The position numbers and the translations under genes are program-made. The notes under the pieces were generated by a model. The model saw nothing but the letters and a program-made list of their open reading frames with translations, was not told where the DNA came from and did no database searches. A DNA stretch of 63,989 nucleotides, counting the filler, from Phoronis australis (taxonomy: Eukaryota > Animalia > Phoronida): NCBI GenBank assembly GCA_002633005.1. It is 9 parts of 9 records of this genome, joined end to end, with 100 filler letters (N's around TTAATTAATTAA, not from the genome) between each part and the next. Parts side by side here need not be neighbours in the genome. Positions count along the whole stretch, not along the records: positions 1 to 26,573 come from NMRA01000294.1; 8 more parts are not named here. The stretch is one strand, 5' to 3'. Every line of letters starts with the position of its first letter. Position 1 is the first letter of the stretch. Shown piece after piece: positions 1 to 11,095 of the stretch.

Positions 1-2237
1 TTAGTCAGTTTCTTTTTCCCAGATTCTTCAATCAAACGTTCTCCCTCGAGGTTGCGTAAACGTCAAGACAAATGATCAGAATTGGTTTCACTTCATTATA
101 TGTTTTTGGAATTTTGATATCAGTGAACCAAATTTTGCTGAGATGTTGTCACCATGTAATGGGAGATGTCAAAACATTTTGAAAGTGGCGCGTGTCACGA
201 ATGAACTCTTTTCAAAACGACGACATACGTTTTTTCGTTACAAAAGGCAGAGAATTACGCAAGAAGATGACGTCGGATGTTTTTCGTTTAAACGGCCGTA
301 ACGGGCAACTTGAATGCCAATTGGCTTCCAGAGTTTGCATGCAAACTCGCCGATCTTGACCTCATGTTGATACAAGCTTTTCGACGAGGTGACAAGCGTA
401 CATGTAACTATCCGGGCTGTGTGGAATTTCGAGGTCTGTTTGAGCTCAATACGCAGTGGCACCTTGCTGTATTTTGAAAATAGTCTTCACAGCTAGCTGG
501 CTAGATAGGAAGGCTCTAGCTTCGAAAAATTTTTTAACGCGAAAGTGACAACAATTTCAGAATGATGATGGATGATGGATTACACTGTAAACCGATCACA
601 GTCTTCCGTTTCCATGCGCCCATTATTTAATATCGGCACTATGTTCAAACCATTGTTTATATTGTTCTAAAATAAACTTGGGTTCTATTGCTGTACCAAC
701 ATATTAAGAAATTATACAGAAATAAACAATAATTATCTGTGGTAAAGCGCAATATACAGCGTGATGAAGTGATGATCAAGAGCAATAACGGATGAGCGCA
801 AATGCGTGCTGCTTGTTGAGCAATCCGCGGCATGAAAACATTTGAGGTCGTAAAATATCCAGTGTTGTATTCTGATTTTTATGCAGTTTTGCTGCAAAGT
901 TCAAACTTCGTGCTTGTTTTTATGCATAATGCACTGCAATAAAAAGTCTGATATCTAAAGTTAGAAATTATTTTTCCGCTATATCACTTAACGTTTGATT
1001 TTACTACGCCGTCATTAATTCAACATAAGGTTTTCGGCTTGTGTAATGCCACGCACTTCGTATTTGTAGGTTGATTCGATTTTACCTCCATTTAATAGTT
1101 GAACAAAATTTGATAAACCGATGTCAAGACCGGAGTTGCCACTGGTAAACGAACAGCGAACAGTTAAATGTTTGTTTGTCCAAAGTTCACCCGCTAAGTC
1201 ATAAAATGGTAATTGCCGACCAAGGACACGCTTAATCTGAATTGGTCGTCTACGCTAGGCGACCAATTAGCCGACCCAAGTGCCGACCACAGAGGCGACT
1301 AAGCAGACGGCTCCTAGCCGACCGTTGTTGGTCGGCTGCCGGTCGGCTAGACGACCGGTCGACGGCCGGTCGTCGACCAATTTCCGACCGGTCGGCCAAA
1401 AATTCGTGATGTGTGCTGTACATCATGTGTTTGAGTAATAATCTGTTGTGGACTGCATCAGGTAAGTATCATTTTAGAAGAAACTAGTTCCAGACACAAA
1501 TGGAAGTACACCTCGACTTTACCGAGTGTGGGTGAAAGCCTGTTAGTCCAAAGGGTTGCAACTAAAGCATGGGAGTTTAGTTTCATCAGTCATTGAGTCC
1601 CAGGACTGCAAAGAATTGTAACCACTAACATGTGCAGGAGTCCATATTTAGTATGATGATGTAGGCTGATTTTGGTGCAAGCATTTTTAAGTAGATCAGT
1701 CCATTTTCGTGCTTTAAATATTATTGTAGTCATGACTAGAATAATGTGCTTTTTAGTCATGACTAAAGGTTTAGTCACATCCCAATTATGCAAATGAACA
1801 GACTAAATTATGACAAAACCCATTCAAATACATCATTAGAAAAACTTGTCACATTTTTGTCATGACTAAAATGAATCTTTACATGTGACCACAATATGAC
1901 TAAAAAATGACAAACCTATGCGGTCTACTTCTTTCATGCATAGACATTTTGAGACGATGGAGAATCTTAATGAGAGTTATTTGAATGTCTCAACACATAA
2001 CAATTAAGGCAAATTGGTGACATGAATGTCGCAGAGAATTAATTAAGAAAACACCACTCCATTAAACAAACACAAAAATGCAGAACATTGCCTACCATAT
2101 AGCATTTCTTAATCCTGGGATAAGACGTGTTTTGTCATATCAGCACTATACCAAAAAACGGAAATTGCACGATGGTATTAAGCACAAACACAATACAGAT
2201 CAAACATTCTGTTTAAACCATTCTGTTGAATGAACAG

Positions 2238-2870
2238 GACGATCACCACACAAATGAAAAAGTTCATGATAAATCAACGTTTCGTCAATTCGTTAGACAT
2301 CATCAGGATATTTACATAGGACAAGTGCCAACATAAATCTCAGGTGACATCCATGAAGTGAAGTGAGAGATACAGAGTAGTCAGTAGCTGGTCATCACCA
2401 TAGTCGCAGGGTCACTCAGCTCTGCATGTTGTTCAGGGAATCAGTAGCATGCTGGTTCTGAATGGCCAGTGACTCTTTAATGTACAATTTCACTGCAGAT
2501 AACACTAACTGAATTGGCTTGGTGATTGTTGTTAACACAATGCCTATACATGTTGCTTTTCTCTGAGGTGTGATGTTCTCTCAGCCTGTCACAGAGGCGT
2601 CTCTGTGTGAGTCTGATATAGAATTCCTTACAGTTGTCACATTCAGAACCAGCATGCTACTGATCCCCTGAACAACATGCTGAGCTCAGTGACCCTGCAA
2701 CTACGGTGATGACCAGCTACTGACTACTTGTGTATCTCTCACTTCACTTTATGGATGTCACCTGATATGTATGTTGGCATTTGTTGTCATATGTAAATAT
2801 CCTGATGATGTCTAACGAATAGACGAAACGTTGATTTATCATGAATTTCTTCATTTGTGCAGCGATCGTC
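2238..2870. mobile_element. Foldback/MITE-like element, ~230-bp inverted arms around a ~175-bp spacer
   Basis: 2238-2464 (ggacgatcaccacacaaatg...gctggttctgaatg) is the reverse complement of 2640-2870 (cattcagaaccagc...catttgtgcagcgatcgtcc). A second copy lies at about 3266-3842. Confidence 0.7.
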
Positions 2871-4235
2871 CGGTTTTTAATCTTACTGAGGCCAAGAACT
2901 GATTTAATTGAATGAACAGGCTTTGCAAATTTCCACATTATCAAAATACAGATACACTACCACAGACGTTTCCATTACACAGTTTCTATTGCACGTCACT
3001 TACTTTCAATATGGTTTCTGTTTTGCTTGCAGACATTTTGACTGCTATTGCTACGTCCACTACTGTAAGTGAAGCTAGTCAAGAGAGGATGCACTAGACA
3101 GCCCAAGTGATGAGACTATAATTAAATGGAAGCGAAGGAATTTGTTAACTGCAGTCATGGAAATATTCCACCATTTGGAGCAAAGTTAAACAGACAGCAA
3201 CTAAATACCTTCACAAACATCATCAAAATACTGGACTTGCAGCACTAAATTACAACGCCAGTAANATTCGTTAGACATCATCAGGATATTTACATAGGAC
3301 AAGTGCCAACATACATCTCAGGTGACATCCATGAAGTGAAGTGAAAGATACAGAGTAGTCAGTAGCTGGTCATCACCATAGTTGCAGGGTCACTGAGCTC
3401 TGCATGTTGTTCAGGGAATCAGTAGCATGCTGGTTCTGAATGGCCAGTGACTCTTTAAAGTACAATTTCACTGCAGATAACACTAACTGAACTGGCTTGG
3501 TGATTGTTGTTAACACAATGCCTATATATGTTGCTTTTCTCTGAGGTGTGATGTTCTCTCAGCCTGTCACAGAGGCGTCTCTGTGTGAGTCTGATATAGA
3601 ATTCCTAACAGTTGTCACATTCAGAACCAGCATGCTACTGATTCCCTGAACAACATGCAGAGCTCAGTGACCCTGCAACTATGGTGATGACCAGCTACTG
3701 ACTACTTGTGTATCTCTCACTTCACTTTATGGATGATATGTATTTTGGCACTTGTTGTCCTATGTAAATATCCTGATCATGTCTAACGAATAGACGAAAC
3801 GTTGATTTATCATGAACTTCTTCATTTGTGCGGCGATCGTCCGGTTTTTAATCTTACTGAGGCCACGAACTGATTTAATTGAATGAACAGGCTTTGCAAA
3901 TTTCCACATTATCAAAATACAGATACACTACCACAGACGTTTCCATTACACAGTTTCTATTGCACGTCACTTACTTTCAATCTGGTTTCTGTTTTGCTTG
4001 CAGACATTTTGACTGCTATTGCTACGTCCACTACTGTAAGTGAAGCAAGTCAAGAGAGGATGCACTAGACAGCCCAAGTGATGAGACTATAATTAAACGG
4101 AAGCGAAGGAATTTGTTAACTGCAGTCATGGAAATATTCTACCATTTGGAGTAAAGTCAAACAGACAGCAACTAAATACCTTCACAAACATCATCAAAAT
4201 ACTGGACTTGCAGCACTAAATTACAACGCCAGTAA
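2288..4235. repeat. ~975-bp near-identical tandem duplication joined at a single N (possible haplotype/assembly duplication)
   Basis: 2288-3264 matches 3266-4235 with scattered SNPs and small indels; the junction is the lone n at 3265. Confidence 0.85.
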
Positions 4236-4624
4236 AGTAATACTGTACCACCTGTAGTTAAATATTACATCAAAACTGAAAATAGTTTAAGTCACTTATT
4301 CTAGAGCACGGCCAACAATGGCATGATTTCTCTTTCCAATTTGTTTAAACTAAAGTTTCAGAAGCGGAAAACATTGTTTTCCTTCCAAATTTACAGAACT
4401 GTGGCAAATTTTATCAAACACAATCAAACAGCTTGGCTGAGTTTGTCAGCAAATGTCCGACAGAGTTTGAAAAATGTACAATTGGTTGTCCAGACTCACC
4501 AAAACATCAGATTCTGAAAATTCAGCATTTGGTCGTGTTTGCAAACAGAAATAAGCAGAGTTTGCCTGGTTGTAGACCATACTTAGTACTGTAGTAAAGA
4601 GACAGTCTTGTCGCAGGAACATAC

Positions 4625-4701
4625 CTCCTTAAAGAAACTGTATGGTATTGGCTCAGCATTTACTTCCTTCAGGTATGACTTCCATGTAAAATGCTTTTTA
4701 T
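4625..4701 (-). pseudogene. MBT pseudogene exon (YKKHFTWKSYLKEVNAEPIPYSFFKE)
   Basis: aaag|AT acceptor and GAG|gtatgt donor; FxWxxYL...P...F motif of an MBT repeat. Confidence 0.75.
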
Positions 4702-5072
4702 CTTTTAATTGATTCTTGACGAATTGGTCTATTGAAAGTTGACATGACATCCCAAATCATTCTATGCACCAACTGTTATATGGCTGGCTAAATAGGCTGG
4801 ACCCAAGTTCTTGTTGGTACACTGGCCATAATGCTGTTGGCACACAAAATGACTGAGTGAGTTAAGCTAATCCTCTGCCTATTTTGCACAAAACATAATA
4901 CCTAAAACAATCATTTTTATATTTTTCAAATATCAACTACACAATGCCATTATTCAAGATAGAACAGTTTTACCAGTTCTAAAGACATACCAGTTGACTT
5001 CTCTACTTCGAATTAAAATGAAACAATTTTAAATTACTCATTTCATCAAAAGACTTTACAAACAACACGTAC

Positions 5073-5249
5073 ATTTATTAGGAGGTTGCGGCTCTTTGGT
5101 GAGTCTCTTTTGAGCCTTGTAGTCTCTGGTCATAGAATCCATCCAACCAATAGGGTGAATGTCGACATCCTCGAAGGTGGTCCAGCAAGTGTAGGTGTCC
5201 GTCCATCCATCAAAATAGATCTAGATCTCTTTCTCCCAATTGATGTCCT
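5073..5249 (-). pseudogene. MBT core exon with an in-frame TAG
   Basis: ttcag| acceptor and |gtacgt donor, phase 1-1; IYFDGW..IHPIGW; stop codon at 5221-5223. Confidence 0.85.
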
Positions 5250-6147
5250 CTGAAATGCGGACAAGACAAGCATGAACTTTGGTAATTGTTTTTTATAAAA
5301 AATGTAACTAACAATTACTAAAGTTTAGCCCAACTAGCACCAAGAAGCCAGAATTATGCCCGGATGCCAAAAATATTACAAGGATATCAATCGATAATAA
5401 TGTACTAAGAATTTGATAGATTGAAAGATTGCACTTGCAGAAATATGAATGCATATTTTTAATGTTTGTTACGAAATAGTCAATACAATAAATACACAGA
5501 TCCAGAAAGCACCAAGAGGCATTGTATCCGGGCTAAACAGAACACTACAAAAAAAAAATCTATATACAATTATACACACAATGTCATACATAAATTGACA
5601 AACTGCAATGTATTAAATATAAATATGATTATGAATATAAATAAATTATTGTCATACACAATAAGTGACTTTACAGTCAAGCTGATGATTCGAAAATAAG
5701 CACGTGTATATGATGATATCAACTCACACAAATTAAAACTTGTTAAATGCATTTATCGTCATTATTTTTGACATTTGTCACGTTATTTTGATATTAACCC
5801 TTAGGGTTTATTTTTCATTACTCATCTCTATTTATAGCCCCAAACGTCTACTTTTGTATTCATACATTTCTCTATGTGACACCTGATTGGTCAGCCATAT
5901 TTCCTTTGTTCAGTTCAATGTGGTCTAGCTCATTCAGCCACCTATCTCGTCATCTACAAGACCTACGTTCGTTCTCTGCATTTTTTCTACATTTTTCTTT
6001 TTCTTTTTGACCTCTGACCCCTTACTCCATTCAATTGCAACGTTCTATCACTTCTCGTTCTTCCGATTCACTTCTCTTGTCCTACATCATTTCAAGGTAA
6101 GTCTTGGTTTTGATTTTAGCCCTCCATTTTCACTCACGTTCAACCTC

Positions 6148-6787
6148 ATGTCGTCCCATGTGCTCATCCTTGGCAGTTCTTATGTTTGTTGGCTGGACAA
6201 CTTCATGTCCGACCTTCCCAAGTCCCGCTACCTCCACAACTATGACTTCTGCCCTTCCCGGGTCACCATTTCGTCCCTGGGCATCTCGGGCGGTACCCTT
6301 CTCGCCAGCCCAGAGTCCATCCAACCGGCCACTCGTTCACCTCCCGACCTCGTTTTTCTCCAGATTGGCGGGAATAACCTCCACTCCACCTCCATCGACC
6401 CCCATGCTTTGGCCTCACACCTCATTTCTTTCGCCCGTTTTTTGTTAATTGCCAACACGTCCGTCGTGTCTTAGTAGGGCAGGCGTGTCACCGATTACAC
6501 GCTGGGAGGCGCTTTCGTTATTGATTTCTCGCAACTCGCTCCTTAAATCCCTCCTGTCCCACCAGCCCCACATTTATTTTTGGATTCACAAGGGAAGTTT
6601 CTGGGCTAACCCCAACCACCTCTACCGCCCGGACGGAGTCCACTTTAACCACTCAGGCCTCCATAAACATGCCGTCAGCATGCGCGTAGCCATCGGTCAC
6701 CACATACGCCAACTGAGCCCTCTCACCCCTCTAGTCCTAACCCCCATCCCTCACGCCCCTTCCTTTCATTCCAGGCATTTATTGTAA
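6148..6787 (+). mobile_element. Frameshifted SGNH/GDSL hydrolase ORF of a retroelement (Ngaro/DIRS-like most likely)
   Basis: VLILGSSY (block I Ser), GISGG, VFLQIGGNNL (block III), then DGVHFN (block V) in another frame after ~6450. Intronless, C/T-rich strand, followed by degenerate ~165-bp repeats at 6845-7250. Confidence 0.7.
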
Positions 6788-8126
6788 CTGTAATTGGTTT
6801 TTGTTATAGCATGGACTTCTACTTGACACCTCGTTCTAAATATTCACATTTCGGCGTTTTGCCTACAGGGGGCCTCATAAATGCCCTGTTATAATAATCT
6901 CTACTTTCAGCAGTGTTTTTTCGACGAAGTTCTTTCATGACTCATGGTATTATTGATATCTCCATATTAACCTCCTCTCCAATTTCTTCTCTTTTGAAAG
7001 TTTGCCCTCTGGGGGCCTTATCCCCTGCCTGCAATACATTATTTCGACGGTTACTTGGGTTTTTTCTTTCTTAGTATCTGGCTTAAGTAGCCCCTCAGTT
7101 ATCCCTCTCTCCCTCCAGGAGCTTGTACCCCTTGTTTCTTATCATATTTTATAATACCACGTTCACTCAATCCCATTTTGGCGGTTTGCCTGCAGGGGGC
7201 CTTACAATACTCTGTTCTAACCACTACTTTCGGCGGTGTTTCCCCCGACTAGGTTCTGACTTTCCTCTTAGGATTATTATATCCCCTTTATTTCCCATTT
7301 ATACTTATGTCCTGTTGCTGGTTGTCCCCGTCCCAGGGTCGCCACCCTGGTTTTCTCCTCAGTAGTCTACTCAGTATGTTTTTCTTTTCCACCATGGCAC
7401 CCAAGAAATCCACCAGATCATCAACACACAAATCTTCAAGTCCTTTCGTGTGATCTCCACCAGCAACAAGGCATGTTTGGTCAGAATTTTTTTTAAAAAA
7501 TGGACTCCCAGTTTTGAAATCGTATTTCAACATCTTTGGGTTGCTTTTTATATATTGTCAGAGGTATCACATATAAGTGATACACCAAGTTATGTAGACT
7601 TCGACAAAGATCAAAGGTTAAACTGAAGGTACACTCAAAAGTAAAAAGTAAAAGTACACCAGCGCTTGACGCTTAAACACCAAGTCACATTTGGCGAAAA
7701 TCTCAGGTCACCAAAACTGAAAATCTCAGCGTAATAATTCCGAGGTTTCCATCTGGTATATAAAAGTTTGCCAACCAAAAAAGGTCGAACGGCTGTAGCA
7801 CCACACACTCCTCCGATTTCACACGTAAAAGTGTATGCGTACCTCAATTCTCTAACTCAAGTCCTCCACATAGAATGCAGACAACCACACAAACTGTTAG
7901 TACAAATGTTGCCGATTTTGCCCCATTTTTACCGAACAATTTAGACTTCTGTCTGTTTACTTTCTGTTCTACTTTAAGCATGGTGGCAAATGCGTGATTT
8001 CACGAAATCAACGGAACATTGTGAATCAAAGGTAATTAATCTAGGCAAAGTGTTAGTAATTTAAAGTTTGAAAGTCAACCCAAACTTTGAAAACCAATTT
8101 AGAGGGAAATATTGTTACTTTGATAC

Positions 8127-8223
8127 CCACAGTGGTGAAAATTGAGTCCACAGAGGCAGACTGACCTTTTTCAAAGGGGCCTGGGTCAGGGTATATTTGT
8201 GAGTAAAGGTGCTTCAATCTCAC
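8127..8223 (-). pseudogene. MBT pseudogene exon (VRLKHLYSQIYPDPGPFEKGQSASVDSIFTTV)
   Basis: aag|GTG acceptor and G|gtatca donor; its phase-1 end joins the 5249 exon and supplies the start of the MBT core. Confidence 0.65.
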
Positions 8224-8769
8224 CTTTAACATTACATACAACTTCATGCTCCTCAATTATTATCATGAATCAATTTTCAAATACCACGGCTTGTAATTTC
8301 TGCATATGACTGTAGTTTGGTTTAGCCTGTCAACAATAGAATACGATCATAGTACAACCGTCCATCAGTCACATGTCGTCTGTGTGACATTTTTCAATCA
8401 TCAGATAACAAAAAAAATATGCAGTGTTGGTCAATGATTTCATGCGAGAATTCTGATGAGTACTTAATTAAAATGTAAAATGCACACACATTAATGTATT
8501 AGTCTACGCAAAGCCTGCACGTAGTCATGAACAAAGATGCTGTTCTAAAAGTTAACCACTTAAAATATGATTTCCAAATTTTTTCAACCATGTACAAGTA
8601 ATTTCTATCAAAAAAGATGACCTGTAAAAATTATTGTCACTTGTGAATACAAACTTACAGGTGATTAATTTTTCCACAGACAAACTGTTAATGAGAAATG
8701 ACATGTTTTACACTGGGTGAATGACCTACTACAGTGTACATATCACAAGAGAAATGACAACATGTTAAC

Positions 8770-8880
8770 CTCAGGAGAGACATGTTTGCCCAAAGTGCAG
8801 AAACAATAGACCACACCAGACATACATGGACAATCTTCACCAGAGGTAAATCTTATTACAGCAGCTTCTTTGTACATTAA
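8770..8880 (-). pseudogene. Pseudogene exon (LMYKEAAVIRFTSGEDCPCMSGVVYCFCTLGKHVSPE)
   Basis: tgacag| acceptor and |gttaac donor; 111 nt, open, phase 0-0. Confidence 0.6.
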
Positions 8881-9858
8881 CTGTCAATCAGATATTACCA
8901 AATTAATATGATTAACAATTCCATGTTGTCATGTGGTGAATATNNNNNNNNNNNNNNNNNNNNNNNNNNNNNNNNNNNNNNNNNNNNNNNNNNNNNNNNN
9001 NNNNNNNNNNNNNNNNNNNNNNNNNNNNNNNNNNNNNNNNNNNNNNNNNNNNNNNNNNNNNNNNNNNNNNNNNNNNNNNNNNNNNNNNNNNNNNNNNNNN
9101 NNNNNNNNNNNNNNNNNNNNNNNNNNNNNNNNNNNNNNNNNNNNNNNNNNNNNNNNNNNNNNNNNNNNNNNNNNNNNNNNNNNNNNNNNNNNNNNNNNNN
9201 NNNNNNNNNNNNNNNNNNNNNNNNNNNNNNNNNNNNNNNNNNNNNNNNNNNNNNNNNNNNNNNNNNNNNNNNNNNNNNNNNNNNNNNNNNNNNNNNNNNN
9301 NNNNNNNNNNNNNNNNNNNNNNNNNNNNNNNNNNNNNNNNNNNNNNNNNNNNNNNNNNNNNNNNNNNNNNNNNNNNNNNNNNNNNNNNNNNNNNNNNNNN
9401 NNNNNNNNNNNNNNNNNNNNNNNNNNNNNNNNNNNNNNNNNNNNNNNNNNNNNNNNNNNNNNNNNNNNNNNNNNNNNNNNNNNNNNNNNNNNNNNNNNNN
9501 NNNNNNATCATGTTTTCCTGTTCCTGGCGTCGGCCTTGGATCCAGTTTTACACTTGTTGTGAGGAGTTACCTCTTCTCTTGATCATGCCATCCAGTTTTC
9601 CAAGCAGTCTTCACTTGATGAAATGCTTCAGAACGATCATGAAGTTCAGTCCATCAACATCACATATGTTAACATGAATTCAGTCCATAAAATTCTAAAT
9701 ACAATGTATCCCTTTGAAATTCAGTCAATCAAATTTCTGCTACATGTATCAGATAGAAATTCAATCCGTCGAATTTCTCTTACTTGTGATATTTCTCAGC
9801 AAACCAGTAGCATTTCTTCAAGAATATCTGCGATACCTCTGTAGCAAACTGGTTTTTC

Positions 9859-10560
9859 ATTTATTTATTTATTGTGATATTTAAAATGAGAGTGACCTCT
9901 TCAGTGATAGAACTGCTTTCCAAGAGGGTCCTCAACAACAACAAAGAACAGTAATATAATGCAACGAAGTAATAAAACAACAATTAAATATAAAAAAAGA
10001 CACAATTAAAACAGGTTGAGAATTAAGACAATAAATAAATGACGAAGAATGGTGAAAATTTAACTAAGAGAGATGAAATAAATAAAGAGATGATTCTAAA
10101 CAGTGAGAGTATTTAGGACAATGGAAAGAATGACAAGATTGAGACAGGTAGGGTATAAAAAGGTTATGTAAATTACAGTCACTTTTTAATATTACATGTG
10201 AAAATATCAATTGAATCAGACCGTTTAATTTCTGGGCTAAGAGAATTCCATATTGTAGCAGCACCATAGATAAAAGATCTCTTGTCGGTCTCAGTTTTAA
10301 TTTTTTTTAAAGAAAGATTTCCAGCAACATAAGAGCGTGTAGAATATACAGCTTGACTACTATTGAATTTTCGGTTAAGATATGCTGGAGCCAAGCCATT
10401 GATACATCTGTACATACAACAGGCAGAGAGATATTTATTTCTTTGTTTTACTTTCATAAATCCCAGCTTGGAATACAAGTCATCGACCTTGGTGTCCCTA
10501 ATTCTAGTATCCAAGATAGCCCTGGTGGCTCTATTTTGGATTACTAGAACTTTGCTGACA
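9859..10560 (-). mobile_element. 5'-truncated CR1/L2-group LINE (ORF2 C-terminus, 3' UTR and short-repeat tail)
   Basis: ORF 10179-10514 has LGF..VKQR..MYRCINGLAPAYL..YSTRS..KRSFIYGAATIWNSL, typical of CR1/L2/Crack ORF2 ends; the element ends in (AATA)n near 9860. Confidence 0.85.
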
Positions 10561-10742
10561 AGTGTGTATGCCCCAAACCAGTAAACAATGGTTGCCTCTC
10601 TTCAAGAAATATCCGATACCTCTATAGCTATTTGGTTGCCTCTCGTCAAGAAATATGCCTTGAGTAGCTAACAGTATATTTATACTCAAACAGAATAAAG
10701 GAGGGTGAGTTTAAGATCAAAATATAAAACCCACAAACTTAC

Positions 10743-10922
10743 TCCAAATGCTACTCATAGTTCCAAAACAACTGTCGGAACAATGTCATACAATTCCAAC
10801 TATGAAATTACTCTTTAGCCAAATATGGTCACAGACAGACAAACCTTTAAGTAATTTCTGATGAATAATAACAAGACTATATTGTTGATAGAAATGGCTC
10901 ACCCCAAAGTTGACCAATTCCA
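10743..10922 (-). pseudogene. Pseudogene exon (VELVNFGVSHFYQQYSLVIIHQKLLKG..IVGIV*HCSDSCFGTMSSIW)
   Basis: ttcag| acceptor and |gtaagt donor; 180 nt, phase 1-1; one TGA. Confidence 0.6.
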
Positions 10923-11095
10923 CTGAATTTAAAGTTACAGAACTCTACTAACATAACATAAACACATGGTCAAAGACAAATATGCTGATTCATTTCCTAT
11001 GCACTCACAGAAGGAAATAAATTTCAGTACACAACTAATACCTTTAATTAATTGCACAACAACCACCATATACTTAATTAATACTTCTAATACTA

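Noticed and set aside
2912-4068. Duplicated 61-aa ORFs as a small gene pair
   Set aside because: They simply reflect the 975-bp duplication and have no recognisable motif.
3975-4250. Further downstream exon of the MBT gene
   Set aside because: AG/GT sites exist, but the expected frame has several stops and no MBT or SAM similarity; not supportable.
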